Shown here piece by piece: positions 9,731 through 19,860 of a DNA stretch of 64,000 bases. Numbering within the stretch: the stretch's first letter is position 1; every line of letters begins with the position of its first letter. A program made the position numbers and the translations under genes. Source of the DNA: Alteromonas sp. (GTDB taxonomy: Bacteria; Margulisbacteria; Marinamargulisbacteria; UBA6595); assembly GCA_964220215.1 (NCBI GenBank), contig CAXPTH010000012.1, forward strand, positions 1 to 64,000, given 5' to 3'. The notes beneath the pieces are model-generated. The model saw only the letters and a program-made list of their open reading frames with translations. It had not been told where the DNA came from and searched no databases.

Positions 9731-11275
9731 ATGATTGGATCAGGATTACCAGAAGCAAGATCAGGATTGCCAGAAGCAAGAGCAAAAAAGAAAAGATCAT
9801 TAGCAGAAAGATCGGCATTCGCAGTAGTGGCAGGAGCAGCATTAGGAACAGTAGTAGGAGCAGGCTTAGTATTATTGGACAAGTATAGTAATCAGGGTAC
9901 TCTACACCGAAGCAATGACCCCAATTTTAAACAAACAATCCAAAGCGATGACTCAGATTGCCCCACACTTGAAGGAAAAAGCCCCTTTACTGTACCGGAT
10001 GGCATCCGCCCAATTCCAATAGGAATAGATGAGCTGTTGGATTTTATAGAAGAATATAGCGATGAGTGCCAAACTGAAGGCATTATACAAGGACCCGATG
10101 GTAGCCTTTTTGTTAAACCCAGTTACCCTACTAGCTTTGTTTTTGCGAAGATATTTGATCTATTAAATGAAGAAGTATTATCTAAAGAATTCTCTTCAAT
10201 TTATAGTAAAATTGTAGCGCCTGAACAAACTATAGTTCAAACTGAAACAGGTCAACTTTTAGCTGCTACTCGTCAGATAAAGCCAGCCGATGGCCGCCCA
10301 TTTAGATCGTTTAGCTTTGATCGCTTTAAGCAATTAGATATTTCTCATAGAGAAAACCCTTATATTTTATCCATGACCCTCGTTGCGCTTTGCATTGTTC
10401 CTCACCTGCATAACCGGGACATGGGAGTATGCGATGGTGCATTATGCGTTACTGATTTAGATAACACCGATTTTTCATTATCGACATTTTACAGCACAGC
10501 ATTGATGTCTCTGATGTTATTGATTGACCACAAAATCCCAATACTAAACGACCACTCCATAACTACGGCCACTAAAATTTTACAGCGGGTCCGTGATGAA
10601 ATACACCATCTGGACTTTAGTCCATTCGATTGCATTACAATAGATGTATTAAAAGAGAATAGAGCGTCCATTATTGATTACATGAAGCATGACAACATCA
10701 ACAAACTGAAAGACGATGATACAAGGTACAACGATGATCTTGAAAGATCATTTACTGACCTCTTAGATCAATTAAAAACACAAACGACTCCCCAATTATT
10801 AAAAGAGGCACTTGCTTTACGAATAGAGGCTGGGTTAACCGCCTTGAAAGAAACCCTAAAGCTGAAAGAAAACCCAAATCTGAAATTAACTATGCAGAGG
10901 CGATTAGATGAATTCAAATCGCAATTACGCACGATTATGATACAGCACTCAAGCACCCAACACAATCGTTCAAAAGAGGAAATAAGAGGGCATGCCGATG
11001 CAGCAACACGGGCGAACCAACTGTCAAATGAATTATGGGAACTACTTGAAAACACTATGGAGAGCGACCCAGAAAAAATGTCAGAGGATGATAAATCGAA
11101 CGTGGAGAAACATATCATAGAACTCCAGAAAGAGGTGGAACAAGCGGGTCGGAGCCTCAGTGGTTATTCAGAAGATAGACCACATTGGTTATATGTGCTA
11201 AGCGCCGCTATACGCCTGTTTTCAGAAAATACCTACGCAAGAAATCCTGACAATGACCAAAAATTAGAATTATAG
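9731..11275 (+). CDS. Orphan protein: N-terminal TM helix, possible degenerate PI4K/HipA-like kinase fold, helical C-terminus ending KLEL
   Basis: 514-aa ORF in AT-rich DNA; TM AVVAGAALGTVVGAGLVLL; motifs FVK...VAPEQTIV...HLHNRDMG...VTDLD. Confidence 0.6.
   Translation: MIGSGLPEARSGLPEARAKKKRSLAERSAFAVVAGAALGTVVGAGLVLLDKYSNQGTLHRSNDPNFKQTIQSDDSDCPTLEGKSPFTVPDGIRPIPIGIDELLDFIEEYSDECQTEGIIQGPDGSLFVKPSYPTSFVFAKIFDLLNEEVLSKEFSSIYSKIVAPEQTIVQTETGQLLAATRQIKPADGRPFRSFSFDRFKQLDISHRENPYILSMTLVALCIVPHLHNRDMGVCDGALCVTDLDNTDFSLSTFYSTALMSLMLLIDHKIPILNDHSITTATKILQRVRDEIHHLDFSPFDCITIDVLKENRASIIDYMKHDNINKLKDDDTRYNDDLERSFTDLLDQLKTQTTPQLLKEALALRIEAGLTALKETLKLKENPNLKLTMQRRLDEFKSQLRTIMIQHSSTQHNRSKEEIRGHADAATRANQLSNELWELLENTMESDPEKMSEDDKSNVEKHIIELQKEVEQAGRSLSGYSEDRPHWLYVLSAAIRLFSENTYARNPDNDQKLEL
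9738..9779 (+). repeat. 21-bp tandem duplication encoding (SGLPEAR)x2
   Basis: gatcaggattaccagaagcaa / gatcaggattgccagaagcaa. Confidence 0.9.
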
Positions 11276-11340
11276 GCATTTATTCCGCTTTCTAGTCTCC
11301 ACTTAAAAAGTTCAGAAAACTCCGAACTATAACCACCCGC

Positions 11341-12066
11341 TTATGCTGGCTTTGATGGCTTCGGGGGATTGAGGGTTATTTTTAAATGGTAAAAAGTTTT
11401 ATTTCCATCCGCATCTTCAATCTCACTTCTTTGACCTGTCTCTTCCATTGTTATGCCAAGTCCATCTATTTTTCTTTTCGAACTTGTCTGAAGCTCATTG
11501 TTAAGAAACTTTTTATAACATTCATCATCAATAAGCACATACTCCCCAAATATCGTTGTTTCATCAATTGCTGAGTTAAGCGAGTCACTTATAGTTAAAA
11601 TCGCCTTGCTCAAATCCGCTCCACTTAATTTTGCATTCCTGATTGTCGCTTGTCTCAAATCTGCACCGCTCAAATTAGCATAACGCAAATCCGCCCCAAT
11701 TAATTTTGCATTTTCCAAATTCGCACCCATAAGATCCACGCGACTTAACCACACAGAACCACCATGCGTCTTTTCAGACAAATCGATACCAATTAACGGA
11801 ATACCTTTCTTATTCAAAAACTCCAACGCTTCTATTTTCCCACTATTTCCACTTGCTTTTCGACCCACTATTTCCCATGCCCGTGCGATTGCATTCTGTT
11901 CAGACTCTTGCTTTTGCAATTCAATTTGTTCCTGAATTTTCTTTAAATTTCGCCATGCCAAAAAAATTGCCCCCACTGTCGCCAACAGCGCAAGAATACC
12001 CACAACATTATCAACGAACCAATTTAAACTGACTATCCCATAAAAAAACCTTGGTAAATCTGCCAT
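11341..12066 (-). CDS. Membrane-anchored pentapeptide-repeat protein
   Basis: ANLEN/AKLIG/ADLRY/ANLSG/ADLRQ repeats after an N-terminal TM helix; start placed at MADLPR. Confidence 0.85.
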   Translation of the reverse strand: MADLPRFFYGIVSLNWFVDNVVGILALLATVGAIFLAWRNLKKIQEQIELQKQESEQNAIARAWEIVGRKASGNSGKIEALEFLNKKGIPLIGIDLSEKTHGGSVWLSRVDLMGANLENAKLIGADLRYANLSGADLRQATIRNAKLSGADLSKAILTISDSLNSAIDETTIFGEYVLIDDECYKKFLNNELQTSSKRKIDGLGITMEETGQRSEIEDADGNKTFYHLKITLNPPKPSKPA

Positions 12067-12101
12067 AAGATCAGAAATAGAATACTGCCAAACCTGGTAT
12101 A

Positions 12102-13520
12102 TCACCCACAAACACCTGTAACCAGTCGAATCGGCCCCGAAAAGTAGCCCAGCAAGGCCTGTTTCGTTCGCTCCCCCCACACCCACGCCACAATATCCGG
12201 CACCGTCTCATGTTTCTCAAAAAACGCCGCAACCGTCCCCGCGCTGGTAAACACCACACAATCCCCATCGTACAAGGGAACCGTGTAGCGCTGCTGCGTA
12301 ACCGCCGTATAGACCGGCAACGCCACCACCCGACCCCCGCGCTGGGTCACCGTATCGGCCAACCGGGGCCGTGCCCGTTCCGAACACGGAAACAACACCG
12401 ACTGCCCCGTCATGGTTTGAGGCAGCAATTCCAACACCCCTTCCTGATCCGACTGCTCCGCAACCCCATCCGCTTCGATGCCAACCGACCGCAATGCCGC
12501 CGCCGTTGCAGAACCAACCGCCACCACCTTCCCCGATACCGATCGCCAATCCAATCGATGCTCCCGCAACCACGCCACAAAACACCCCACCGCAATCTGG
12601 CTGGTAAACACCACCCAATCCGCCGTATCCACCGGAACCATCGGCGCTGCAATGCGATGAATATCCTGTACCGGATACCGAACCACATCCGCACCGTCAG
12701 CCTGCCACTGCGCCTCCCACGAGACCCGTGTTGTGGGCAATACAACCGGTGATTGCGGCCGTAAACTCACAATACGCGTCCCAGTTAAGGGCCCTTTTCG
12801 ATACCCCACACAGCGCTCCCGATACCGCACCACCGGCCCAATCACAACCAAGGCCGGAGACCGCACCTCACGGGCAATCGCCTGCATCCCCCCCACCGTT
12901 GTGACCCAGACCTGTTCATGGGCGGACGTGCCTTTGTAAATGATCGCCGCTGGTGTATCGGGCGTATGATCCGTATCCGCCAACACTTGCTGAATAAATG
13001 CTGCACTGTTTTTGACCGCCATCACCGCAATCAACGTATCCGCATTGGGCACCCGCCCCCGCCACTCGCCCTGATGCGCCGATGCCCCCGACACCACCGC
13101 AACCGACCGAGCACAATCCCGATGCGTCACCGGAATGCCCACACGCTCCAGAACCCCAAAGACCGAAGACACCCCAGGAATTAACTCAAAGGCAATTCCC
13201 GCCTCGGTTAAGGCCCCCATTTCCTCACCGCCTCGCCCAAACACGGTCGGCGACCCGCCTTTTAACCGAACCACACAGCGTCCCTGATTGGCATAATCAA
13301 TCATTTGGGCATTGATCTGCACTTGGGTTTGACTATGCCGCCCCCGCTGTTTGCCCACACACACAACCGTCGCTGGCTGGGGTACATGGGCCAACACACT
13401 GGGGTGAACCAGATAATCATACAAAACAACATCGGCCTGAGCCAATACATCCAGCACCCGTTGGGTGATGCAATCCGGCTCCCCGGGCCCCACACCAACT
13501 AAGTACACGTAGCCTGGCAC
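12102..13520 (-). CDS. cobA: Uroporphyrinogen-III C-methyltransferase / uroporphyrinogen-III synthase fusion (CobA-HemD)
   Basis: VYLVGVGPG, VVRLKGG.P.VFGRGGEE; C-terminal HemD motifs VVFTS, AVGSATA; GTG start. Confidence 0.92.
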   Translation of the reverse strand: MPGYVYLVGVGPGEPDCITQRVLDVLAQADVVLYDYLVHPSVLAHVPQPATVVCVGKQRGRHSQTQVQINAQMIDYANQGRCVVRLKGGSPTVFGRGGEEMGALTEAGIAFELIPGVSSVFGVLERVGIPVTHRDCARSVAVVSGASAHQGEWRGRVPNADTLIAVMAVKNSAAFIQQVLADTDHTPDTPAAIIYKGTSAHEQVWVTTVGGMQAIAREVRSPALVVIGPVVRYRERCVGYRKGPLTGTRIVSLRPQSPVVLPTTRVSWEAQWQADGADVVRYPVQDIHRIAAPMVPVDTADWVVFTSQIAVGCFVAWLREHRLDWRSVSGKVVAVGSATAAALRSVGIEADGVAEQSDQEGVLELLPQTMTGQSVLFPCSERARPRLADTVTQRGGRVVALPVYTAVTQQRYTVPLYDGDCVVFTSAGTVAAFFEKHETVPDIVAWVWGERTKQALLGYFSGPIRLVTGVCG

Positions 13521-13527
13521 TGCTGAA

Positions 13528-14523
13528 TTACACAACCGCTGCTGTTTGGCGATACGCCGCCCATCGCTGATACTCCAACCGTTGCTCGTGCATATGCACC
13601 TCAACATCCCCATAGGCCTGTTTTCGGGCGGCCACATTGCGATTGGCAATCTCCATCAGATCATCCACAAGTGTAACAGAAACCCCCGCCTGCTGATCCA
13701 CATCTGGGTGCACATTTCGGGGCATCCCTAGGTCAATAATTGTCCGTGGGGTTTGTGTGATCATTGCGGGCACAATCACCGGTTGCTTGGCGCCCACGGC
13801 GATTAAAATATTGGGGTAGGTATCCAGTGCTGACAACGCCGCATCCCAAGGGGTATAGGCCACCCCCAGATCCGTTGCTAAGGCCCGGCCCGTGGCAGCG
13901 GTTCGATTGGTCAATGTCACCGCAGGATGGCCAATTGCGACCATTTTTTTCACGGCACGCCGGGCCATCGTTCCGGCACCAATCACCAATACCGATTGGC
14001 CAAAAAATTCTAAATTATGTTGCCGCAACTGGTCCACAGCGATGGAGCTAATCGAATATACCCCATTGGCAATGCCGGTTTCTTCACGCACCCGTTTGCC
14101 AAGCGCAATGCTTGACTGAAACAATTTGTTTAAATACGGGCCGGTGAGTTGCGCATCCACCGCATGCTGATAGGCCTGCTTAACTTGGCCCAAGATTTCA
14201 CTTTCCCCCACTACCATGGACTTTAATCCACTGGCTACCGCAAACAAATGATCAATGGCCACATCGTGATAATACGCATGCACGGACACATCGCCATCCC
14301 CCACCCACGCCGTTTTTAATCGCTTTAAACACGCCTGAATATCCGGAGCGGCCACATACAGCTCAATCCGATTGCAGGTAGCTAAAAGCACGCATTCAGA
14401 AAACCCTGCTAGGTCTCGCCATTGACACAGTTCGTGGTCACGCATCTCCGGATCCATGCATAATTGCTCGCGCATCGCAATGGGTGTTTGTCGGAAGTCT
14501 GTACCAAGAACCCCTATTTCCAT
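13528..14523 (-). CDS. hemA: Glutamyl-tRNA reductase (short C-terminus)
   Basis: LATCNRIELY, GLKSMVVGESEILGQVK, IGAGTM, DLGMPRNV. Confidence 0.95.
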   Translation of the reverse strand: MEIGVLGTDFRQTPIAMREQLCMDPEMRDHELCQWRDLAGFSECVLLATCNRIELYVAAPDIQACLKRLKTAWVGDGDVSVHAYYHDVAIDHLFAVASGLKSMVVGESEILGQVKQAYQHAVDAQLTGPYLNKLFQSSIALGKRVREETGIANGVYSISSIAVDQLRQHNLEFFGQSVLVIGAGTMARRAVKKMVAIGHPAVTLTNRTAATGRALATDLGVAYTPWDAALSALDTYPNILIAVGAKQPVIVPAMITQTPRTIIDLGMPRNVHPDVDQQAGVSVTLVDDLMEIANRNVAARKQAYGDVEVHMHEQRLEYQRWAAYRQTAAVV

Positions 14524-14619
14524 ATGGCATTATTGTAACAAAATTGATTGTATTTTTCAATTCAATACCCTGGCATATCGAGGCGCACCCATTCGTCACT
14601 GGATCCCAATTAATTTTGG

Positions 14620-14648
14620 TTGAATTTTAATCCCATATGCGCTATGAT
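14620..14648 (+). promoter_or_regulatory. Sigma70 promoter of tRNA-Pro
   Basis: TTGAAT-17 nt-TATGAT, 14 nt upstream of the tRNA. Confidence 0.75.
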
Positions 14649-14662
14649 AAACGCTATCGGTT

Positions 14663-14740
14663 CGGGGTATAGCGCAGCCCGGTTAGCGCACCTGTTTTGG
14701 GAACAGGGGGCCGCAAGTTCGAATCTTGCTACCCCGACCA
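14663..14740 (+). tRNA. tRNA-Pro (TGG)
   Basis: Acceptor stem CGGGGTA/TACCCCG, anticodon arm CCTGT-TTTGGGA-ACAGG, GTTCGAATC T-loop, encoded CCA. Confidence 0.97.
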
Positions 14741-14752
14741 GCCGATTACCTG

Positions 14753-15715
14753 TTATTCAAAGGCACCAAATTGGCGAAATTTTGTGTATCGTTCCGCTTT
14801 CAGTGATTCAGGGGACTGCTTTCCAAGCGTGTTTAAATCTCGCTCAATCGTTGCTTTAATTGTTTGGGCCATGACTTCTGGATCATAATGAGCCCCACCC
14901 AATGGTTCGTCTAAAATACCATCGGCGATGCCCAGCTCCACAATATCTTTAGCCGTAATTTTCAGATTTTCAGCCGCAAATGGCGCTTTACTGGCATCTT
15001 TAAACAAAATCGATGCACACCCTTCCGGCGAGATGACTGAATAGACAGCATGCTGAAGCATATACAGCCGATTGGCCACGCCAATGCCCAAGGCCCCACC
15101 AGATCCCCCTTCACCGATAACAAACGATACAATGGGAACCGAAACGGTTACCATGTACTTTAAATTCGTTGCAATCGCTTCGGCTTGCCCGCGTTGCTCA
15201 GCTTCTAACCCGGGATAGGCACCCGGTGTATCAATAAACGATACGATTGGGAGGGAAAACTTATCGGCTAAGCGCATCATTCGCAAAGCTTTTCGATACC
15301 CTTCCGGATGGGGCATGCCAAAGTTTCGATACAAATTCTCTTTGGTATTGCTGCCTTTTTGATGACCAATGAAAACCAATCGCTGCTTCCCCATGGTTGC
15401 CACACCGGATACAATCGACGGGTCATCTTTATACAATCGATCCCCATGCAACTCCAAAAATTGATCAAAAATCGTATTGGCTAAAAACAACGAATTGGGG
15501 CGATCTGGATGTCGGGCAATTTGAATAATGTCCGCCGGAGACAAATTGCTGTAAATATCCTTTTTAAGTTCATGGGCCCGAGACTCAATATTGGCAATCT
15601 CATCCGTCAAATTCATCTCTCCTTGTTCACTCAATGCTTTTAATGATTCAATTTTTTCTTCCAGATCCGCAATGGGCGCTTCAAACGCCATGGGCTTGGG
15701 TCGATGCTCACTCAC
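14753..15715 (-). CDS. accA: Acetyl-CoA carboxylase carboxyltransferase alpha subunit
   Basis: ARHPDRP, ELHGDR, NFGMPHPEGYRKA, GEGGSGGALG, YSVISPEGCA. Confidence 0.97.
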   Translation of the reverse strand: MSEHRPKPMAFEAPIADLEEKIESLKALSEQGEMNLTDEIANIESRAHELKKDIYSNLSPADIIQIARHPDRPNSLFLANTIFDQFLELHGDRLYKDDPSIVSGVATMGKQRLVFIGHQKGSNTKENLYRNFGMPHPEGYRKALRMMRLADKFSLPIVSFIDTPGAYPGLEAEQRGQAEAIATNLKYMVTVSVPIVSFVIGEGGSGGALGIGVANRLYMLQHAVYSVISPEGCASILFKDASKAPFAAENLKITAKDIVELGIADGILDEPLGGAHYDPEVMAQTIKATIERDLNTLGKQSPESLKAERYTKFRQFGAFE

Positions 15716-16581
15716 TGGCCACCTCCCAGTACACGCACCAGGCCAGCGACCGTGCTGCGCATCTCTTTTCGGTGCACCACCCGATCAACCATGCCGTTTT
15801 CCAATAAAAATTCGGCCCGCTGAAACCCAGGCGGTAGTTTTTGACGAATGGTTTGCTCAATAACCCGTGGACCCGCAAACGAAATTAGCGCACCCGGCTC
15901 CGCCAATGTCACATCCCCCAACATACCAAAACTAGCGGACGTGCCACCGGTGGTGGGATCGCATAAGACACAAATATAGGGGATACAAGCCTCGCTTAAT
16001 TTAGCCAATGCCCCACTGGTCTTGGCCATCTGCATCAAGGACATAATCCCCTCTTGCATGCGGGCCCCCCCGGATGAGGTGAATACCACCAACGGATGTT
16101 TATTTTCAATCGCCATTTCTGTAATTAATGCAATTTTCTCCCCAACTACACAGCCCATCGATCCGCCCATAAACGCAAAGTCCATCAGGCCCACATTCAC
16201 AGAAAGCCCCTCAATCTTAGCCGTCCCCACAACAGCCGCATCGGCTCGCTGGGTTTTTTTCTGGCTTGCTACAATGCGAGACTCATACGAATGCGTATCG
16301 GTGAAATTTAAAAAATCAGTCGGCTTAATATCATCATAATGCTCGACAAAGGATTCAGGGTCAAAAAAATAAGCCAACCGCTCTTCTGGTGACAACCGAA
16401 AATGGTATTGGCACTCGCTGCATACTTTATGATTGTGTTCTAATTCTTTCAAATACAATGTGGCGTCACAAGAAAAACACTTAACCCACAAATCACTGGG
16501 TATATTTAAGCGAGATTGTTCCCCCGCTTTTTTCCGACTGACAATTCGGTCGCGCTTGGCGAACCAGCCTAAAATTGACAT
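15712..16581 (-). CDS. accD: Acetyl-CoA carboxylase carboxyltransferase beta subunit
   Basis: LWVKC..C Zn ribbon, FMGGSMG, SGGARMQEG, FAGPRVIEQT. Confidence 0.97.
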   Translation of the reverse strand: MSILGWFAKRDRIVSRKKAGEQSRLNIPSDLWVKCFSCDATLYLKELEHNHKVCSECQYHFRLSPEERLAYFFDPESFVEHYDDIKPTDFLNFTDTHSYESRIVASQKKTQRADAAVVGTAKIEGLSVNVGLMDFAFMGGSMGCVVGEKIALITEMAIENKHPLVVFTSSGGARMQEGIMSLMQMAKTSGALAKLSEACIPYICVLCDPTTGGTSASFGMLGDVTLAEPGALISFAGPRVIEQTIRQKLPPGFQRAEFLLENGMVDRVVHRKEMRSTVAGLVRVLGGGQ

Positions 16582-16722
16582 GAAAACTCGTGACAAATAT
16601 AATAATAAGTCATGGTCAAAATGTATATCAAAATGGTATACTGAGTCAATAGTAAATTTTTGACGACTAGTTGGATTTTATTTTTAAACGGTTTTGATAA
16701 GGTATAGAGGAACAGATTAGGC

Positions 16723-16992
16723 ATGGCAAATACAAAGACAGCAAAAGAAAATATAAAAATTAATCGGCGCAATACAGAGCGTAACCGACAGTACAAATCT
16801 CGGTTGAAAACGGCGTTGACTCGGGCATACGATGCCGTATCCGAAACGAGTGAGCTGGCACCCGAAGAAAAAACAACACGGGTTCGATTTGCCTTGCGTT
16901 TATTAGACAAACTGGTGTCTAAAGGTATCTTAAAAAAGAAAGCCTCTGCGCGAAAAAAATCTCAGCTAGCGAAAAAAGCCCATGTCGCTTAA
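16723..16992 (+). CDS. rpsT: 30S ribosomal protein S20
   Basis: MANTK.A...RN..YKS.LKT; DKLVSKG....ASARKKS. Confidence 0.93.
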   Translation: MANTKTAKENIKINRRNTERNRQYKSRLKTALTRAYDAVSETSELAPEEKTTRVRFALRLLDKLVSKGILKKKASARKKSQLAKKAHVA

Positions 16993-18025
16993 GAAACGGT
17001 TTTCGGATTGGACCTCGCATTTCCGATGCGATTTGGGCATTGATCTTGGCACTGCCAATATTTTAGTATTTGCCCAAGGACGAGGGGTTATTATTCAAGA
17101 ACCATCGGTAGTCGCCCTTGATGTGAAAAATAGCCATGTGTTGGCGGTTGGCGATGAAGCCAAGAAGATGATCGGCCGAACCCCCGGGAATGTCATTGCT
17201 GTGCGTCCATTGCAAGACGGCGTTATTGCCGATTTTGAAGTGACCGAAACAATGTTAAAGCATTTTATTAAGCGCGCATTGTCCGATCGATTTTATTTGT
17301 TAAAGCCACGAATTGTTATTGGCGTTCCGTCGGGCATTACCGGCGTTGAAAAGCGGGCGGTTTTGGATGCGGCGTATCAAGCTGGGGCCAAAGAAGTCTA
17401 CTTGATTGAAGAGCCGTTAGCTGCAGCCATTGGCGCCGGCATGCCGGTCTCTGAACACACCGGGTCTATGGTCGTTGACATTGGCGGCGGAACAACCGAA
17501 GTCGCTGTGATTTCTTTGGGTGGCATTGTGGTGTCCAAGTCGATTCGAGTTGCTGGCGATGCCATGGACAAAGCCATTATCTCGCATTGCCGTGAGAATT
17601 ATCGATTATTAATTGGGGAGCGAACCGCTGAAGAAATTAAAATGAAGCTGGGGTCTGCGCATGATACCAAAGATGAAAAGTCAATGGCCGTTCGGGGTCG
17701 AGACTTGGTATCTGGACTCCCCAAAACATTCACGCTGACTCGGACTGAGATTCGCGATGCACTTAAAGATCCCATTAACAGCATGATTGAAGGCATCCGA
17801 ACAACTTTAGAAAAAACACCCCCTGAATTGTCCAGCGACATTATGGATGATGGGATTGTTTTAGCCGGTGGCGGGGCCCTGTTAAATGGCTTAGACAAGC
17901 AAATTCAAGCGGAAACCAATATTACGGTTAAAATTGCTGCCGATCCATTGCAATGCGTTGCCATTGGAACTGGCGAAGCCTTAGAAGAGCTCGACGTCTT
18001 TAAAGAAGTTCTAATCAGCGACTAG
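16982..18025 (+). CDS. mreB: Rod shape-determining actin MreB
   Basis: [36 protein letters not shown]. Confidence 0.97.
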   Translation: MSLKKRFSDWTSHFRCDLGIDLGTANILVFAQGRGVIIQEPSVVALDVKNSHVLAVGDEAKKMIGRTPGNVIAVRPLQDGVIADFEVTETMLKHFIKRALSDRFYLLKPRIVIGVPSGITGVEKRAVLDAAYQAGAKEVYLIEEPLAAAIGAGMPVSEHTGSMVVDIGGGTTEVAVISLGGIVVSKSIRVAGDAMDKAIISHCRENYRLLIGERTAEEIKMKLGSAHDTKDEKSMAVRGRDLVSGLPKTFTLTRTEIRDALKDPINSMIEGIRTTLEKTPPELSSDIMDDGIVLAGGGALLNGLDKQIQAETNITVKIAADPLQCVAIGTGEALEELDVFKEVLISD

Positions 18026-18031
18026 ATCCTC

Positions 18032-19333
18032 GTGTCTTTGTGTATTGAATCGTTGTTTGGAATTTTTTCAGACAAAAGTTTACGCAATGAAACCGAAGAA
18101 ATTTCTGATTTTGAACAATTTGATCGGATTCAACAGTGTCAGGACCCGGATACGTTTTATACCCAGGTGGCCAATCACTATAACCTAAAATTGTTAAGTA
18201 TTCATGAACTTTGGGTGGATGACACCAGCCAATGGCACGACGCACCCCCGCCGGATCAATTAACCATTCCTGTTTACACAACGGATCACGACTATGCCAT
18301 TGCAACGAGCAATCCGTTTCATCCATATTTAAACACATTGCTTGAGACCTGGCCATTGAAACACCAGCGTATTATTTTAATGACCCCAAGCGATATTTAT
18401 CATTATTATCAGACCAAAACCCACGACCCGCTCACCACCCTCATTATGAGTGGAATTTCGCATCAAGCGTCTGATATTCACATCTACAATCGAAACGGAC
18501 ATGGCCACGTGTATTATCGCATACTGGGCCAGTTAACCCCCCTATACACGCTCCCCCCCCAAAGCCTGGATCAACTGGTCAATCAAATAATATTCCGAGC
18601 CAATTTGCATATTGGCGAATCCCACAAACCTCAAGATGGCCGGCTGACACTCACCCCGTCTACGGACGCCCCACCGATTGATACCCGAGTATCGGTTATT
18701 CCCACGCATTTTGGCTATGATGTGGCAATCCGAATATTTCATCAAGCCCTGGATTTTTCATTGGGGAATTGTGGATTTTCACCGCAACAGCACGACCAGC
18801 TGATGGCATTAATTCACCAAGACTCTGGACTCATTTTAGTCACGGGACCAACCGGATCGGGAAAAACAACCACATTGTATGCCTTGCTGCATGAACTCAA
18901 ACAAGCCAATAAAAATATTGTCACACTTGAGGACCCCATTGAATACCACTTTGATTTTATGCGTCAAACACAAATTAATGTGGATGCCGGGTACACTTTT
19001 GGTTCTGGTTTGCGCGCAACGTTGCGTCAAGACCCAGATATTATTATGGTGGGTGAAATCCGAGATGCCGAAACAGCGGCCATTGCCTGCCAAGCCGCTT
19101 ACACCGGGCACCTGGTTCCGGCATCGCTGCATAGCCATAGCGTCGCGGGCGCCCACCAACGGCTCCATCAATTGGGGGTATCGGCGTCTACGTTACAGGG
19201 CTGTTTGCGGGGCATTATTAACCAAAAGCTGGTGCCCACAACCTGCTCACTGTGTATGGGCACGGGGTGCGCCCAGTGTTCGGGCACGGGGATTCATGGT
19301 CAAAAACTTCAAGCCGAAATTGTTGTATTATAG
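18032..19333 (+). CDS. GspE/PilB family secretion or pilus assembly ATPase
   Basis: ASDIHI, PQDGR, GPTGSGKTTT, TLEDPIE, LRQDPDIIMVGEIRD, CxxC-CxxC. Confidence 0.92.
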   Translation: MSLCIESLFGIFSDKSLRNETEEISDFEQFDRIQQCQDPDTFYTQVANHYNLKLLSIHELWVDDTSQWHDAPPPDQLTIPVYTTDHDYAIATSNPFHPYLNTLLETWPLKHQRIILMTPSDIYHYYQTKTHDPLTTLIMSGISHQASDIHIYNRNGHGHVYYRILGQLTPLYTLPPQSLDQLVNQIIFRANLHIGESHKPQDGRLTLTPSTDAPPIDTRVSVIPTHFGYDVAIRIFHQALDFSLGNCGFSPQQHDQLMALIHQDSGLILVTGPTGSGKTTTLYALLHELKQANKNIVTLEDPIEYHFDFMRQTQINVDAGYTFGSGLRATLRQDPDIIMVGEIRDAETAAIACQAAYTGHLVPASLHSHSVAGAHQRLHQLGVSASTLQGCLRGIINQKLVPTTCSLCMGTGCAQCSGTGIHGQKLQAEIVVL

Positions 19334-19338
19334 AGAGG

Positions 19339-19860
19339 ATGCAGTCCTTGGATAACCTCGATACGATTGTCACCGCATTGCAGTCCAATGCAGTCGGCAT
19401 TTTCCCCTGCGATACCATTTGGGGGCTCATTGGTCGGGCCTGCCCCACGGTCGGCCGTACCATCAACCAACTCAAGCAGCGGGACCCCGAAACACCGTTG
19501 ATTCAGTTAATTTATACCCCACAACAGTTGGCGGACAGTACCCCCACTCTGACGCCCGCCCATCGGGCAGCAATGGCCGAGCATTGGCCGGGACCGGTCA
19601 CCTTAATTTTGCCAACACCCACCGGGTCTATTGGCGTCCGTCAACCCAATTTCAAACCCTTGGTTGACCTGCTGTCTCGCACGCAGTTTCCTATTTTTAG
19701 CACCAGTGTCAATACGCACGGAACCCCCCCCTGCATCGATACAATCCCAGACACTTGGATTCAAGCGGTTGATTTTGCTTACCTCGATGCGGCGCCCGGT
19801 GGCCATGGAGCATCCGCGATATTGGACACAACCCAGACACCCTTTCAATGGATTCGTTAA
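19339..19860 (+). CDS. tsaC: Threonylcarbamoyl-AMP synthase (TsaC/Sua5/YrdC)
   Basis: FPCDTIWGL, LKQR, WPGPVTLIL, STSVN; GAGG SD. Confidence 0.88.
   Translation: MQSLDNLDTIVTALQSNAVGIFPCDTIWGLIGRACPTVGRTINQLKQRDPETPLIQLIYTPQQLADSTPTLTPAHRAAMAEHWPGPVTLILPTPTGSIGVRQPNFKPLVDLLSRTQFPIFSTSVNTHGTPPCIDTIPDTWIQAVDFAYLDAAPGGHGASAILDTTQTPFQWIR

Noticed and set aside
9642..9888. Three short low-complexity ORFs
   Set aside because: Alternate-frame or antisense shadows of the purine-rich, repetitive start of the 9731 gene
12210..13502. Many overlapping short ORFs within cobA-hemD
   Set aside because: Expected in GC-rich DNA with few stop codons; no recognisable motifs
14663..14760. tRNA-Pro as an integration site
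   Set aside because: No integrase and no duplicated tRNA 3' end noticed; accA ends 12 bp away
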